DNA of 63,562 bases, the filler included. It is 4 parts of 4 records of this genome, joined end to end, with 100 filler letters (N's around TTAATTAATTAA, not from the genome) between each part and the next. Parts side by side here need not be neighbours in the genome. Positions count along the whole stretch, not along the records: positions 34,188 to 57,370 come from DRR723986_5792; positions 57,471 to 63,562 come from DRR723986_5814; 2 more parts are not named here. One strand, 5' to 3'. Shown here in pieces: positions 48,338 to 58,252 of this stretch. The notes below the pieces were generated by a model. That model saw only the letters and a list, made by a program, of their open reading frames with translations, did not search any database and was not told the origin of the DNA. The number at the start of each line of letters is the position of its first letter. The stretch's first letter is position 1. The position numbers and the translations under genes were made by a program.

Positions 48338-49696
48338 ATGAAGAATCTATTCAAAACCATCGGCGGACTCCGTCAACTTTTATCCACTGTCGATCTGGAT
48401 CAAATCTCAAAGCTTTCCCAAAAAGTAGATATCTCCAAAATGGTAGGACTGGTCTCCCAGATGAGCGAGGAAGATCTATCCAAAATGATGGGCATGATGA
48501 AAGGCGGAAGCCGGCCGAAAACCATCCCGCCGATTAATGGAGATTTTTATGAGTTAGGCAAAAGTCTGCCTGCTCACGAAAGGGAAATTCAACTTCGTGT
48601 CCGTGAATTTATGGAGCGGGAGATCAAGCCCATCGCCAATGACTATTGGAACCGCGGGGAATTTCCCATGCAGATTATCCCTAAAATGGCTGAACTGGAT
48701 ATAGCTGGATTAACCTATCAGGGCTACGGCTGCCCAGGACATTCAGCATTGCTGGAAGGCTTCGTGGCTATGGAAATGGCGAGAATAGACACTTCAATTT
48801 CCACTTTTTTTGGAGTGCAAAGTGGACTCGCCATGGGTTCAATCTACCTCTGTGGTTCCGAAGAACAAAAGCAGGAATGGCTTCCTTCCATGCAAAAACT
48901 GGAGAAAATCGGTGCATTTGGCTTGACCGAGCCAGAGGTTGGATCTGGAGTAGCAGGGGGCTTGACCACTACTTGTAAAAGAGAAGGCGATGTTTGGGTG
49001 CTAAATGGACAGAAAAAATGGATAGGAAATGCTACGTTCTCAGATATGACTGTGATCTGGGCGAGAGATCTTGATGACCAGCAGGTGAAAGGCTTTATTG
49101 TGCGAAAAGATAATCCAGGCTTTAAAGCAGAAAAGCTGGAAGACAAAATGGCGCTGAGAATAGTACAGAACGCCTTAATCACACTCACGAATTGTGAAGT
49201 GCCGGAATCAGACAGATTGCAAGAAGCGAATTCTTTCCGCGACACTTCCAAAGTACTGCGCATGACTAGAGCTGGAGTAGCATGGCAAGCCGTAGGTTGT
49301 TCTAGAGGAGCATATGAGTTGGCCTTGGCATACACCAATGAACGCAAGCAATTTGGCAGACCAATCGCTTCTTTCCAGCTCGTTCAAGATCTTTTGGTGA
49401 CTATGCTAGGTGACCTGACGGCCATGCAGACGATGGTTTTTAGACTTTCGGAAATGCAGGACGATGACATTTTGAAAGACGAGCATGCATCCTTAGCAAA
49501 AGTATTTTGTACCCTTCGCATGCGATCAATCGTGGATCATTCCCGTGAGCTTTTCGGAGGCAATGGAATTTTGCTACGCCATGATATTGCAAGATTTGTG
49601 GCAGATGCGGAAGCAGTTTACAGCTACGAAGGAACGAAGGAAATCAATTCACTGATCGTAGGTCGAGCCATTACCGGGCATAGCGCATTTGTCTAA
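48338..49696 (+). CDS. Acyl-CoA dehydrogenase (glutaryl-CoA dehydrogenase-like)
   Basis: AFGLTEP, LNGQKKWIGN, RKQFGRPI, GGNGI, YSYEGT. Confidence 0.92.
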   Translation: MKNLFKTIGGLRQLLSTVDLDQISKLSQKVDISKMVGLVSQMSEEDLSKMMGMMKGGSRPKTIPPINGDFYELGKSLPAHEREIQLRVREFMEREIKPIANDYWNRGEFPMQIIPKMAELDIAGLTYQGYGCPGHSALLEGFVAMEMARIDTSISTFFGVQSGLAMGSIYLCGSEEQKQEWLPSMQKLEKIGAFGLTEPEVGSGVAGGLTTTCKREGDVWVLNGQKKWIGNATFSDMTVIWARDLDDQQVKGFIVRKDNPGFKAEKLEDKMALRIVQNALITLTNCEVPESDRLQEANSFRDTSKVLRMTRAGVAWQAVGCSRGAYELALAYTNERKQFGRPIASFQLVQDLLVTMLGDLTAMQTMVFRLSEMQDDDILKDEHASLAKVFCTLRMRSIVDHSRELFGGNGILLRHDIARFVADAEAVYSYEGTKEINSLIVGRAITGHSAFV

Positions 49697-50532
49697 AGCA
49701 ACAGTAAAATCGCGGGAATCAGGAAAGCAACTTCCATCCGCATTCTGATTTGCTCAGGACTAGCTTCCGATTTGAAAAAGCTCAGATAGTGGACAAGCAA
49801 CATAAATAATACTAAGCTCGGGAAGATCCTAAAAAGAGAATTTACCAGTAGCAAGCCAATCAATGCAGCTAGCATTAATCCGATTGCCAGCTGGTGAATT
49901 CTAGGATTTAGTTTCTCCTGAGGCATTAAAGTGGCTATGGAAGAAAAGCCTGACTCCGTGTCGCTTTCCTTATCCAAACTGGAAAGCATAATCAGATTTA
50001 GGTATGCCAAGCCCATATATAAAATCGTCAGGCCAAAGGCTGTCCAAGTGTAATCTATTTCGGGTGCTTCATACCAAGGAAGCCAAGAAATCCCGATCAC
50101 ATAGAAGATAGCCGAACTGAGTTCCTTTAGTCGAACTTGCTTTGCTGCCAATTTTCTCACAGCAAGCATTATCCCCAAAATCAGTATCCCAAGGCCAGCG
50201 CCGAAAAATAATTCTTTAGAAAACCCGAAAAATTTAATTGCCCAATACAGACCAATACAGCCAACTAATCCAAGGATTGCCAGCAATGGTTTTTGGTAAA
50301 TTAAATGAAAATGATGCCTATCCGCTGAACGATCTGCTGCCAGTTTTCGTGCATCCATCAAATGGTCTGCGGTATAAATACACCATACCGCCATCCCTAA
50401 TAAGGCATATTCCTGCCAATTCAACTCGACCCGCAGCGCTCGCTCAAAAAAAAGCATTCCAGCCATGGCACCTAGCACAACATCGATGGAAAGCCAAGTA
50501 AGTCGTTGATAAAATTTAAAGAGGAAATGCAC
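49693..50532 (-). CDS. Integral membrane protein (UbiA-like)
   Basis: Multiple TM helices; IYTADHLMD and DKESD acidic motifs. Confidence 0.6.
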   Translation of the reverse strand: MHFLFKFYQRLTWLSIDVVLGAMAGMLFFERALRVELNWQEYALLGMAVWCIYTADHLMDARKLAADRSADRHHFHLIYQKPLLAILGLVGCIGLYWAIKFFGFSKELFFGAGLGILILGIMLAVRKLAAKQVRLKELSSAIFYVIGISWLPWYEAPEIDYTWTAFGLTILYMGLAYLNLIMLSSLDKESDTESGFSSIATLMPQEKLNPRIHQLAIGLMLAALIGLLLVNSLFRIFPSLVLFMLLVHYLSFFKSEASPEQIRMRMEVAFLIPAILLLL

Positions 50533-50649
50533 AGCTTAAAGATAGGGTGAATGGGCAAAAGTCCATAGTTGGTACTCGGATGCTCAGGGATATTATTTAT
50601 TTTACGAATCAATTCTCAAACCCATAAACCTAAAATCATTTATTTAATC

Positions 50650-51288
50650 ATGAAAAAATCCACTTTACTGTTAGTAGCCCTACTTGCCTTCGTTACTTTT
50701 TCTTTTGCGCAAGCTCCTATCAAAATCGCCTGCGTAGGCAACAGCATCACCCAAGGTCCTGGAAGAGATAATCCAGATAGCTGGCCACTGCAGATGCAGG
50801 CCATTCTCGGAGATGCGTATGAAGTTGGAAATTTTGGTGTTTCCGGAAGAACATTGCTCCGCAAAGGAGACTACCCTTATTGGAATGAACCACAGTTTCA
50901 GCAAGTCAAGGATTTCGGAGCAGACATTCTTATCATCATGTTGGGAACAAATGACTCCAAGCCCCAGAACTGGAAGTATGCCTCTGAATTCAGACAGGAT
51001 TACCTGGATATGATTGCGGAGTTTAAGAAAACCATGCCTGCAGATGGCAAAGTCTATGTGATCATGCCAGTGCCCGTAACCCGTGAGAACTTCGGAATCA
51101 CTCCTGTGGTGATGAACAACGAGCAGCGCATGATGATCATGGATATTGCCTTAGACTCAGGCTCCGAGCTGATCGATCTTTACACGCCATTTATGGGTCA
51201 TGAGGATTTACTACCTGATGGCGTACATCCAAATACCGAAGGATTGGGCATTATGGCGAAGGTGGTCGCAAGGGCGATACGGTTGTAG
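50650..51288 (+). CDS. SGNH/GDSL esterase (sialate O-acetylesterase-like), secreted
   Basis: CVGNSIT, GVSG, LGTND, DGVHP; signal peptide from ATG 50650. Confidence 0.9.
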   Translation: MKKSTLLLVALLAFVTFSFAQAPIKIACVGNSITQGPGRDNPDSWPLQMQAILGDAYEVGNFGVSGRTLLRKGDYPYWNEPQFQQVKDFGADILIIMLGTNDSKPQNWKYASEFRQDYLDMIAEFKKTMPADGKVYVIMPVPVTRENFGITPVVMNNEQRMMIMDIALDSGSELIDLYTPFMGHEDLLPDGVHPNTEGLGIMAKVVARAIRL

Positions 51289-51295
51289 GGACTAG

Positions 51296-51597
51296 GTGTC
51301 GGATGTCCGATGCCCGGTGTCACAAACCCTCCAAGTTTTTAGAAATTTGGAGGGTTTTGGTTTTTAGTTCAATCCTCTTTGGGATTTCCATATCACTGGA
51401 TAGTATAGATATCCACGACTCCCGAAATTTACTTTAAGTATGTCAGTTATTTAAAGTTGGACCACTTCGTGGTCGTGCATTTGAATCTAAAAGTGAAAGC
51501 AAGACCCCGAATGGGGTCAAACCATGAATAGCCATGGGTGCAACCCATGGTTTAGAAAAATGACGAAAGGAACCACGACCCCGAAGGCGGTCGAACT
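51296..51597. repeat. Cluster of REP-like palindromes
   Basis: AAACCCTCCAAG...TTGGAGGGTTT (~51323-51357), GACCCCGAATGGGGTC, CCATGGGTGCAACCCATGG, GACCCCGAAGGCGGTCG. Confidence 0.6.
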
Positions 51598-51649
51598 CGA
51601 AATCCAGTACAAAGGTTTCTTCATGCCAATCCTAATTAACCCAACCCAC

Positions 51650-51859
51650 CTTAAACCTGACTCATCCGATATTTTACCTGACCGCGGTTACCTTTTTGAC
51701 CTCATTTTGGATTAAAAAGGTGACACGAGTTATCTTAAAGTAGACACGTCGTATGTTTTACCTAACTGCAGTTACCTTTTTTATTTGATTCTGACCTGAA
51801 AAGCTGACATGAGTGATGTTTTAGGTGACTCGAGTGATGTTTTACCCAACCGCTGTCAA
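51650..51859. repeat. Degenerate 21-bp periodic array with 84-bp higher-order repeat
   Basis: Ten 21-bp units. ATTTTACCTGACCGCGGTTAC (51671), GTTTTACCTAACTGCAGTTAC (51755) and GTTTTACCCAACCGCTGTCAA (51839) recur every 84 bp. Confidence 0.75.
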
Positions 51860-51974
51860 CTTTTAAATCAGAACAGCCTACTAGTTCCTTACTTGGGTTA
51901 ATATAATAGCCTGTCTCCCTGTGGAGAGAGTTAGGCTAGAAAGGGTTTGAAGTGTGTCGATTCTATGCACCCAC

Positions 51975-52005
51975 AAAAAAAGACCGAGTCAGAAAGACTC
52001 GGTCT
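51975..52005 (-). terminator. Rho-independent terminator of 52037-52507
   Basis: AGACCGAGTC-AGAAA-GACTCGGTCT with a T-tract on the minus strand. Confidence 0.85.
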
Positions 52006-52036
52006 GGATGATTGATTCTCAACTTTTCAAGCTACT

Positions 52037-52507
52037 TCACTTCTCAGGACCTTTACGATCTCCCTGACTTTCATAGCGTTTGCGAAGCTCTTCATATAGT
52101 GCTTGTGCGCCTGCTATTCCCATTTTCGCAGCATACTTGACAGAATTGTAGAATATCCTTGCCTGATCGTAAGCTTCTGCTCCGGCAAGTGTAGTGGTAT
52201 TCGTAAATTCGTCTTGCAACTGCTCTGCTGCCACAAAAAATGGCTTCAATTGAATGTAAGCTTCCAGATCCTTGCGCATCTCGACCACATCCAAAAAGGG
52301 CGGGTTAAACTGCGGGTTGGACTCTGCAAACTCTGTAGCCTTCTGTACAAAAGGCAAAGTACCATCAGACATCCGGGCGAGATGCTTCGCTTTGCCCTTG
52401 CTTAGCTCTGCGAAATAAGGCCCCATGATCGTGGTGATGGTGGCGAATGCATCCCGAACTTGCTGTAGTTCAGCGGGCGGGATGGAGATGGAAATGCCGT
52501 TCTCCAT
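52037..52507 (-). CDS. Hypothetical helical protein
   Basis: 156 aa ORF with its own terminator; FVQKA, GAEAY..A..FY motifs of a Bacteroidota hypothetical family. Confidence 0.75.
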   Translation of the reverse strand: MENGISISIPPAELQQVRDAFATITTIMGPYFAELSKGKAKHLARMSDGTLPFVQKATEFAESNPQFNPPFLDVVEMRKDLEAYIQLKPFFVAAEQLQDEFTNTTTLAGAEAYDQARIFYNSVKYAAKMGIAGAQALYEELRKRYESQGDRKGPEK

Positions 52508-53007
52508 AGTGTAGGTTGTTTAAAAATGAATAACAATTATTAAAAACTATAAATGAATTTAAACAAACTAGTTTTAAATACAATACTCAATTAAAAGTTT
52601 CTTAACACTGACTATCAGTAGGATAGGGAATGGTAAAGAGATAAGCTCTTGGGTTTCTAATAGAATTAAACACTGTAGATTTCGAAAATCTGGAGGGTTT
52701 TTAACTTATTCCACAAAACACCGCCATCGGACAGGCAGGCACAGACCACTGGGCAGGACTAGTGGAGGCAGTTTAAGTCCTAGTTTTTAACTATATATTT
52801 TATTTACCCTCATACTATCTGAGGTGTCAATTTTAATAAAGACAGAAATCTCTCGAATAGGGATTTGAAGGTGAGTGACTTAGAAACTGAATTCCTAAAA
52901 AAATATAGTTTTTAGAGGTATTGTATTATGGCTGCAAAATGAATAACTAGCGCGAGGTTTACCCTAAGAAAATTAGAGGGTAGCAGCTAACTCAATCATT
53001 TAGCGCA

Positions 53008-53595
53008 ATGCTGAAACACGTAATTTTATCCTGTCTGTTGCTCACTTTTGGTGGGTATTCACTAGCTCAAACAACTGCCCCTGGTTACTACATTTCCTTG
53101 AGCAATGACAGTGTCCTTACACAAATCAAGATGCCAAAATCAGTTTTTGGATCTGTGGACTTTTCCAAATTCCTTTTCAAAGTAGAAGCACAGGATAGCA
53201 ATAATGATTTGAAGAAATTTAAACCCGAGGATATCAAACGGTTTGGGTTTATCTATAACGGAGAGAGTTACAGCCTTTTTTCAAAACCTATTTTTACTGA
53301 AAATACGCTGAGGTTTTTACAGCCAACAGTTCTTGGAGAAAAATCCAGCCTGTTTCAATTTCAGACCTACGATCAAAATGGGGCTCCGCTAGGCACCTTT
53401 TATACGCTAGAAAAGAATGACGGCACTTATGCATTCCTAACTACCGGAATGAGAAGTCTCGATAAATTTAAAGATTTACTAAAAGAATTTTACGATGAAA
53501 ATCCTGAACTACTCCAACTGATCGACGCGAGATTTAAAGAGCGAAAGTCAGTGCAAGCCGACATGATCGAGCTTGTCGAATCGGCCAATAGATAG
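53008..53595 (+). CDS. Secreted hypothetical protein
   Basis: Signal peptide; GYYISLSNDS and KFKPEDIKRF patterns. Confidence 0.7.
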   Translation: MLKHVILSCLLLTFGGYSLAQTTAPGYYISLSNDSVLTQIKMPKSVFGSVDFSKFLFKVEAQDSNNDLKKFKPEDIKRFGFIYNGESYSLFSKPIFTENTLRFLQPTVLGEKSSLFQFQTYDQNGAPLGTFYTLEKNDGTYAFLTTGMRSLDKFKDLLKEFYDENPELLQLIDARFKERKSVQADMIELVESANR

Positions 53596-53620
53596 CCTGT
53601 TGTTCGAATAAGCTTCTTTA

Positions 53621-55189
53621 TCACTCTTCCACAAATCCAATCTGCTTCCACTCCCCTTTGATTTTATCATTTTGCTGTGGAGCACCAGGGGTACTTCTAC
53701 CCTCTTTGATATACTTGCTCAGGAGACTTTTTAGGGCGGCTACTTTCTCAGGATTTTCTGCCTGAAGATTTGTAGTCTCACCAGGATCGGAAGCCAGATT
53801 GTATAACTGAACTTCTGGAAGACCTTCCTCAGCTTTAGTGTTAGGTTTAGGAGCACTCCATCCACCAGAACCTTTAGCCATGATGAGTTTCCAATCGCCT
53901 TGACGAATTGCAAAACTGCCATTAATGGAGTGGGCTACTGTGGCTTCACGGAATTGATCCACTTGATTAGTTGCATCAAAAAGTGACACCAAACTGTAGC
54001 TATCCTCGCCTTCATTATCCTTGAGGGCATAGCCAGAAAGCTCTGCTCCAGTGGCCATCAAATCAGTCAAACAGATTGTTTCATTTCTGGAAGTTCCTTT
54101 TTGGATTTTGGCTGGCCACTTGGCAATAAAAGGTACTCGATGTCCTCCTTCGAAAATATCTGCTTTGTGCCCACGGTAGATGTAGCTAGAGTAGTGTCCC
54201 GCTGCCTGCATCACATCCAGACCTGCTGCCGGAGAACCTCCATTGTCACTCGTAAAAACGATCAGCGTATTTTCTTCAATTCCTGCTTTTTTGATTGCTT
54301 CATTCAACTGACCCACATAGTCATCAATCATCATCATAAAATCCGCAAATGGAGCTAAACCGCTTTTTCCTTGCCATTCAGCCGGTGGCAAAATCGGAGT
54401 ATGCGGAGAAGGTAGTGCCAAGTAAAGGAAAAATGGCTTTTCTTCCTTCGCCTGCTCTTGAATGTATGCGATAGATCGCTCAAAGAAATTTGGAGTAACT
54501 TTTTCGTGATCAAAATCAGGAGAAGTTGGTCCTTCTCTCCACCAAGAATATTTGCCTTTATTGACAGTTACTGTATCCGGAATCGCAGTCACTTGACCAT
54601 TCTCAACATACACATAAGGAGCCATATCCAGCGACCCATTATGACCGTAAGCGTAGTCAAAACCCAGATCATTTGGAGTATGAGTTACAGTCTTTGTAAA
54701 ATCTATATTATCGAAATCATTGGCACCCCAGCCATCAGCTCTCAAGGAATCTCCATCTACTGTAGCCCAATCCCAACCTAAGTGCCACTTGCCAATAAAT
54801 GCGGTATTATAGCCTTGACCTTTGAGCACAGAAGCAATCGTTGTTCTATCATCAGGTATCAAAGCGGTAGAATTCCCGGTAAGCACACCGCTTTTCAGGG
54901 TACTTCTCCAATTGTACCTGCCTGTCATAAACCCATAGCGGGTAGGAGTACACACAGCTGATGGTGTATGGGCATCCGTAAAAATCATCCCTTCAGAAGC
55001 CAGTTCGTCAATGAAAGGGGTTTTGATTTTTCCTTCAGGATTAAATGCTTTAATATCCCCATAGCCCAAATCATCTGCTAGAATGACGATAATGTTGGGT
55101 TTTTTATATTCTTGCTTCGGCTTTTCGACACAGGATAATACCGTCAAAGAGATAAATGTATACGCAAGTAGGTGGAAATAAAGCTTCAT
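53621..55189 (-). CDS. Arylsulfatase (S1 formylglycine-dependent), lipoprotein
   Basis: PNIIVILADDLGYGD, CTPTR (CxPxR), GKWHLG, SDNG; lipobox VLSC. Confidence 0.95.
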   Translation of the reverse strand: MKLYFHLLAYTFISLTVLSCVEKPKQEYKKPNIIVILADDLGYGDIKAFNPEGKIKTPFIDELASEGMIFTDAHTPSAVCTPTRYGFMTGRYNWRSTLKSGVLTGNSTALIPDDRTTIASVLKGQGYNTAFIGKWHLGWDWATVDGDSLRADGWGANDFDNIDFTKTVTHTPNDLGFDYAYGHNGSLDMAPYVYVENGQVTAIPDTVTVNKGKYSWWREGPTSPDFDHEKVTPNFFERSIAYIQEQAKEEKPFFLYLALPSPHTPILPPAEWQGKSGLAPFADFMMMIDDYVGQLNEAIKKAGIEENTLIVFTSDNGGSPAAGLDVMQAAGHYSSYIYRGHKADIFEGGHRVPFIAKWPAKIQKGTSRNETICLTDLMATGAELSGYALKDNEGEDSYSLVSLFDATNQVDQFREATVAHSINGSFAIRQGDWKLIMAKGSGGWSAPKPNTKAEEGLPEVQLYNLASDPGETTNLQAENPEKVAALKSLLSKYIKEGRSTPGAPQQNDKIKGEWKQIGFVEE

Positions 55190-55420
55190 TTTGTATAAAT
55201 CTAGGATAGAATGGTTGAATTTAGGGCGAATGACCCATATATAAAAGTAAAATAATGCAGCTAAGCAAAAAATCCTACTTTCAGCCTTTAAGAAGAGTAT
55301 AAACAGGCTAATGAAAGGTACCTAATTAAGCGCTATATGCTTACAGCAAAAGTCGTTTTAATAAAACAAAAAAACCACAACCCTTGCGAGCTGTGGTTTT
55401 GGAAGTAGGTCTATCGTTTA

Positions 55421-56293
55421 TTATTTACCTCCAAGTGCATTGGCACCAGAGACAATTTCAAGTATTTCATTAGTAATGGCAGCCTGACGAGTTCTGTTGT
55501 ACATCAATCTTAGCTCTTTCAGCAATTCACCAGCGTTATCTGTTGCCTTATCCATCGCAGTCATTCTAGCGCCATGCTCAGAAGCATTGCTTTCTAGTAC
55601 AGCTTTGTAGAACTGTATTTTCAAAGACGTTGGAACCAACTCTTCGATAATATATGCTCTTGATGGTTCCAAGATGTAATCCGTATCAGCAGTTTTCTCT
55701 TCAGCAGAATCATCTTTTGCCATAGGCAAAAACTGTTCTACATGAACTTCCTGCGTAGCTACATTCTTGAACTCATTATAAACCAAAGCAACTTGGTCAA
55801 ATTCTCCAGCTACAAAAGCATTCATCGCAAATTCTGCTGCGCTTCTAGCATTCTCAAAGCTGAGGTCCTGAAATAACTGAGAATACTCAGAAACCATATT
55901 GAAATCACGCTTTTTGAAAGCTTCAAAAGCTTTTTTACCAATAGGAAGAATAGTTATATTCTTTCCGGCAAATTGTCCTGCAATGGCCAAATTTACCGCC
56001 TTGATGATATTTGTATTGAAAGCACCACAAAGTCCTTTGTCTGAAGTAACAGGAATGATCAGTACATTTTTTACTTCACGCTTTTCAGCAAAAATAATAT
56101 CTGCAGCTCCTTCAGAAGCAGCTGATACGTTATTCAGGATTTGAGTCAACTTCTGAGAGTACGGACGCATCTGAGTGATTTTGTCCTGCGCTCTTCTAAG
56201 TTTAGCGGCGGAAACCATTTTCATGGCCTTAGTAATCTGCTGGGTAGAGACTACTGAGGTTATCCGTTCCTTTACTTCCTTAAGATTAGCCAT
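55421..56293 (-). CDS. atpG: ATP synthase F1 gamma subunit
   Basis: QQITKAMKMVSAAK, DKGLCG, RMTAM, RQAAITNEILEI. Confidence 0.98.
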   Translation of the reverse strand: MANLKEVKERITSVVSTQQITKAMKMVSAAKLRRAQDKITQMRPYSQKLTQILNNVSAASEGAADIIFAEKREVKNVLIIPVTSDKGLCGAFNTNIIKAVNLAIAGQFAGKNITILPIGKKAFEAFKKRDFNMVSEYSQLFQDLSFENARSAAEFAMNAFVAGEFDQVALVYNEFKNVATQEVHVEQFLPMAKDDSAEEKTADTDYILEPSRAYIIEELVPTSLKIQFYKAVLESNASEHGARMTAMDKATDNAGELLKELRLMYNRTRQAAITNEILEIVSGANALGGK

Positions 56294-56357
56294 CTTGGTT
56301 GCGTTGTGCTAGGGTATAGATAACCGGAAGACTCTCGCCTTCCGGTGTTCAAATCAA

Positions 56358-57370
56358 TTATTTTGAATATTTAGGAGCTAATTCTGCTGCTGCCTTAGAA
56401 AGAACTTTTCCAGCCTCATCAACTTTTCCTTTTAGGATGAAGTCAAGTGCTTCTGGATAAGACGTATCCAATAGTGTATAGAATTCTTTCTCAAATGCTC
56501 TGGCGTTTTCTACTGGAACTGTATCCATCAAGCCTTTAGTAGAAGCATAGATAATAGCTACCTGATGCGCTACAGAAACTGGAGAGTACTGCGCTTGCTT
56601 CAAGATTTCCTGGTTTCTTCTACCTCTTTCGATCGTACGCTTAGTAGTCGCATCTAGATCAGAACCAAACTTAGAGAATGCTTCCAATTCACGGAAAGCT
56701 GCCTGATCCAATTTCAAGGTACCGGCGATTTTCTTCATTGATTTGATCTGTGCGTTACCACCTACTCGGGATACGGAGATACCTACGTTAATCGCAGGAC
56801 GGATACCAGAGTTGAAAAGGTTAGTTTCCAAGAAGATCTGACCATCTGTAATAGAGATTACGTTAGTCGGGATATAGGCAGAAACGTCACCAGCTTGAGT
56901 TTCGATAATCGGAAGTGCAGTCAATGACCCGCCACCTTTTACCAAGTGCTTGATAGAATCCGGCAAATCGTTCATTTCCTGAGCGATTTTATCAGATTTG
57001 TTGATTTTCGCAGCTCTCTCAAGCAATCTTGAGTGAAGGTAGAATACGTCACCTGGATATGCTTCACGTCCCGGAGGTCTTCTCAATAGAAGAGAAACTT
57101 CACGGTAAGCTACTGCTTGCTTAGAAAGATCATCGTAAACCACCAAAGCAGGACGACCTGTATCTCTGAAGAACTCACCGATCGATGCACCAGTAAATGG
57201 AGCAAAGAACTGCATTGGAGCTGGATCAGAAGCAGGAGCTGCTACTACAACTGTATATGGAAGAGCACCACCTTTTTCAAGGGCCGCAACTACACCAGCA
57301 ACGGTAGAAGCTTTCTGACCGATTGCAACGTAGATACAGAAAACTGGCTCTCCTTTATCGTAAAATTCTT
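56358..57370 (-). CDS. atpA: ATP synthase F1 alpha subunit (5' part missing)
   Basis: [46 protein letters not shown]; frame open to the contig end. Confidence 0.98.
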
Positions 57371-57470
57371 NNNNNNNNNNNNNNNNNNNNNNNNNNNNNN
57401 NNNNNNNNNNNNNNTTAATTAATTAANNNNNNNNNNNNNNNNNNNNNNNNNNNNNNNNNNNNNNNNNNNN
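57371..57470. other. Artificial contig spacer
   Basis: N-run with TTAATTAATTAA linker. Confidence 0.98.
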
Positions 57471-58252
57471 GGTGGATCATGGGCAGCTACTATCTGCGCG
57501 AATGGCATATGCGCTGGTTTGCCGATCATATGGCCCCCGATGTAGATCTGCGCGATATCTCCGACACAACAGTGGGCTTTTCGCTGGCCGGGCCAAAGGC
57601 ACGCCAAGTGATCGAACGGCTGAGCGATGGCAATGTGGGCGCGCTGCCCTTCATGGGCTGCGGCAGCTTTGACATCGGGCTTTATCGGTGCCGCGTGGGG
57701 CGGCTGTCGGTGGCGGGCGAGCTGGGCTATGAAATCCACTGCCACGCGATGGATCATATAGGCCTGCGCCGGGCGCTGTTGCAGGCGGGCGCCGATCTGG
57801 GCCTGCGCGAATATGGCTTTAACGCCCTGCTCAGCCTGCGGTTGGAAAAAAGCTTTGGCATTTGGTCGGCCGAATTCACCCAAGGCTACACGCCCGCGCA
57901 AACCGGGATGGACCGCTGGATTGACTGGGGCAAAGATTTTATCGGCAAAACCGCAGCCTTGGCCGAACGCAGCACACCACCGGCCCAGCAGATTGTGACG
58001 CTAGAGATAGACGCGCTTGATGCCGATGCCAGCGGCTTTGAGCCTATTTGGCACAATGGGCAGCGGGTGGGCTTTGTCACCTCGGGCGGCTATGGGCACA
58101 GCGTGGGCAAATCGCTGGCCATGGCCATGCTAAACCGCGATGTGGCCGACATCGGCACCGAGCTTTGCGTGCATATCGTCGGGGTCGAACGCGGCGCGCG
58201 GGTGATTGCGCCCTCGCCCTATGACCCCACAGGAAAGGCCATGCGCGCATGA
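57471..58252 (+). CDS. GcvT-family aminomethyltransferase domain (dimethylglycine dehydrogenase-like, 5' part missing)
   Basis: LAGPKAR, SVAGELGYEI, SLRLEK, VGFVTSGGYG, PYDP. Confidence 0.88.

Noticed and set aside
51650-51859. Possible CRISPR or iteron array
   Set aside because: The units are too degenerate, there are no unique spacers between identical repeats, and no cas or rep gene is present.
7751-57470. TTAATTAATTAA motifs inside N-runs, and apparent gene neighbourhoods across them
   Set aside because: Artificial joins. The four segments differ in composition and apparent taxonomy, so no cross-contig linkage is inferred.
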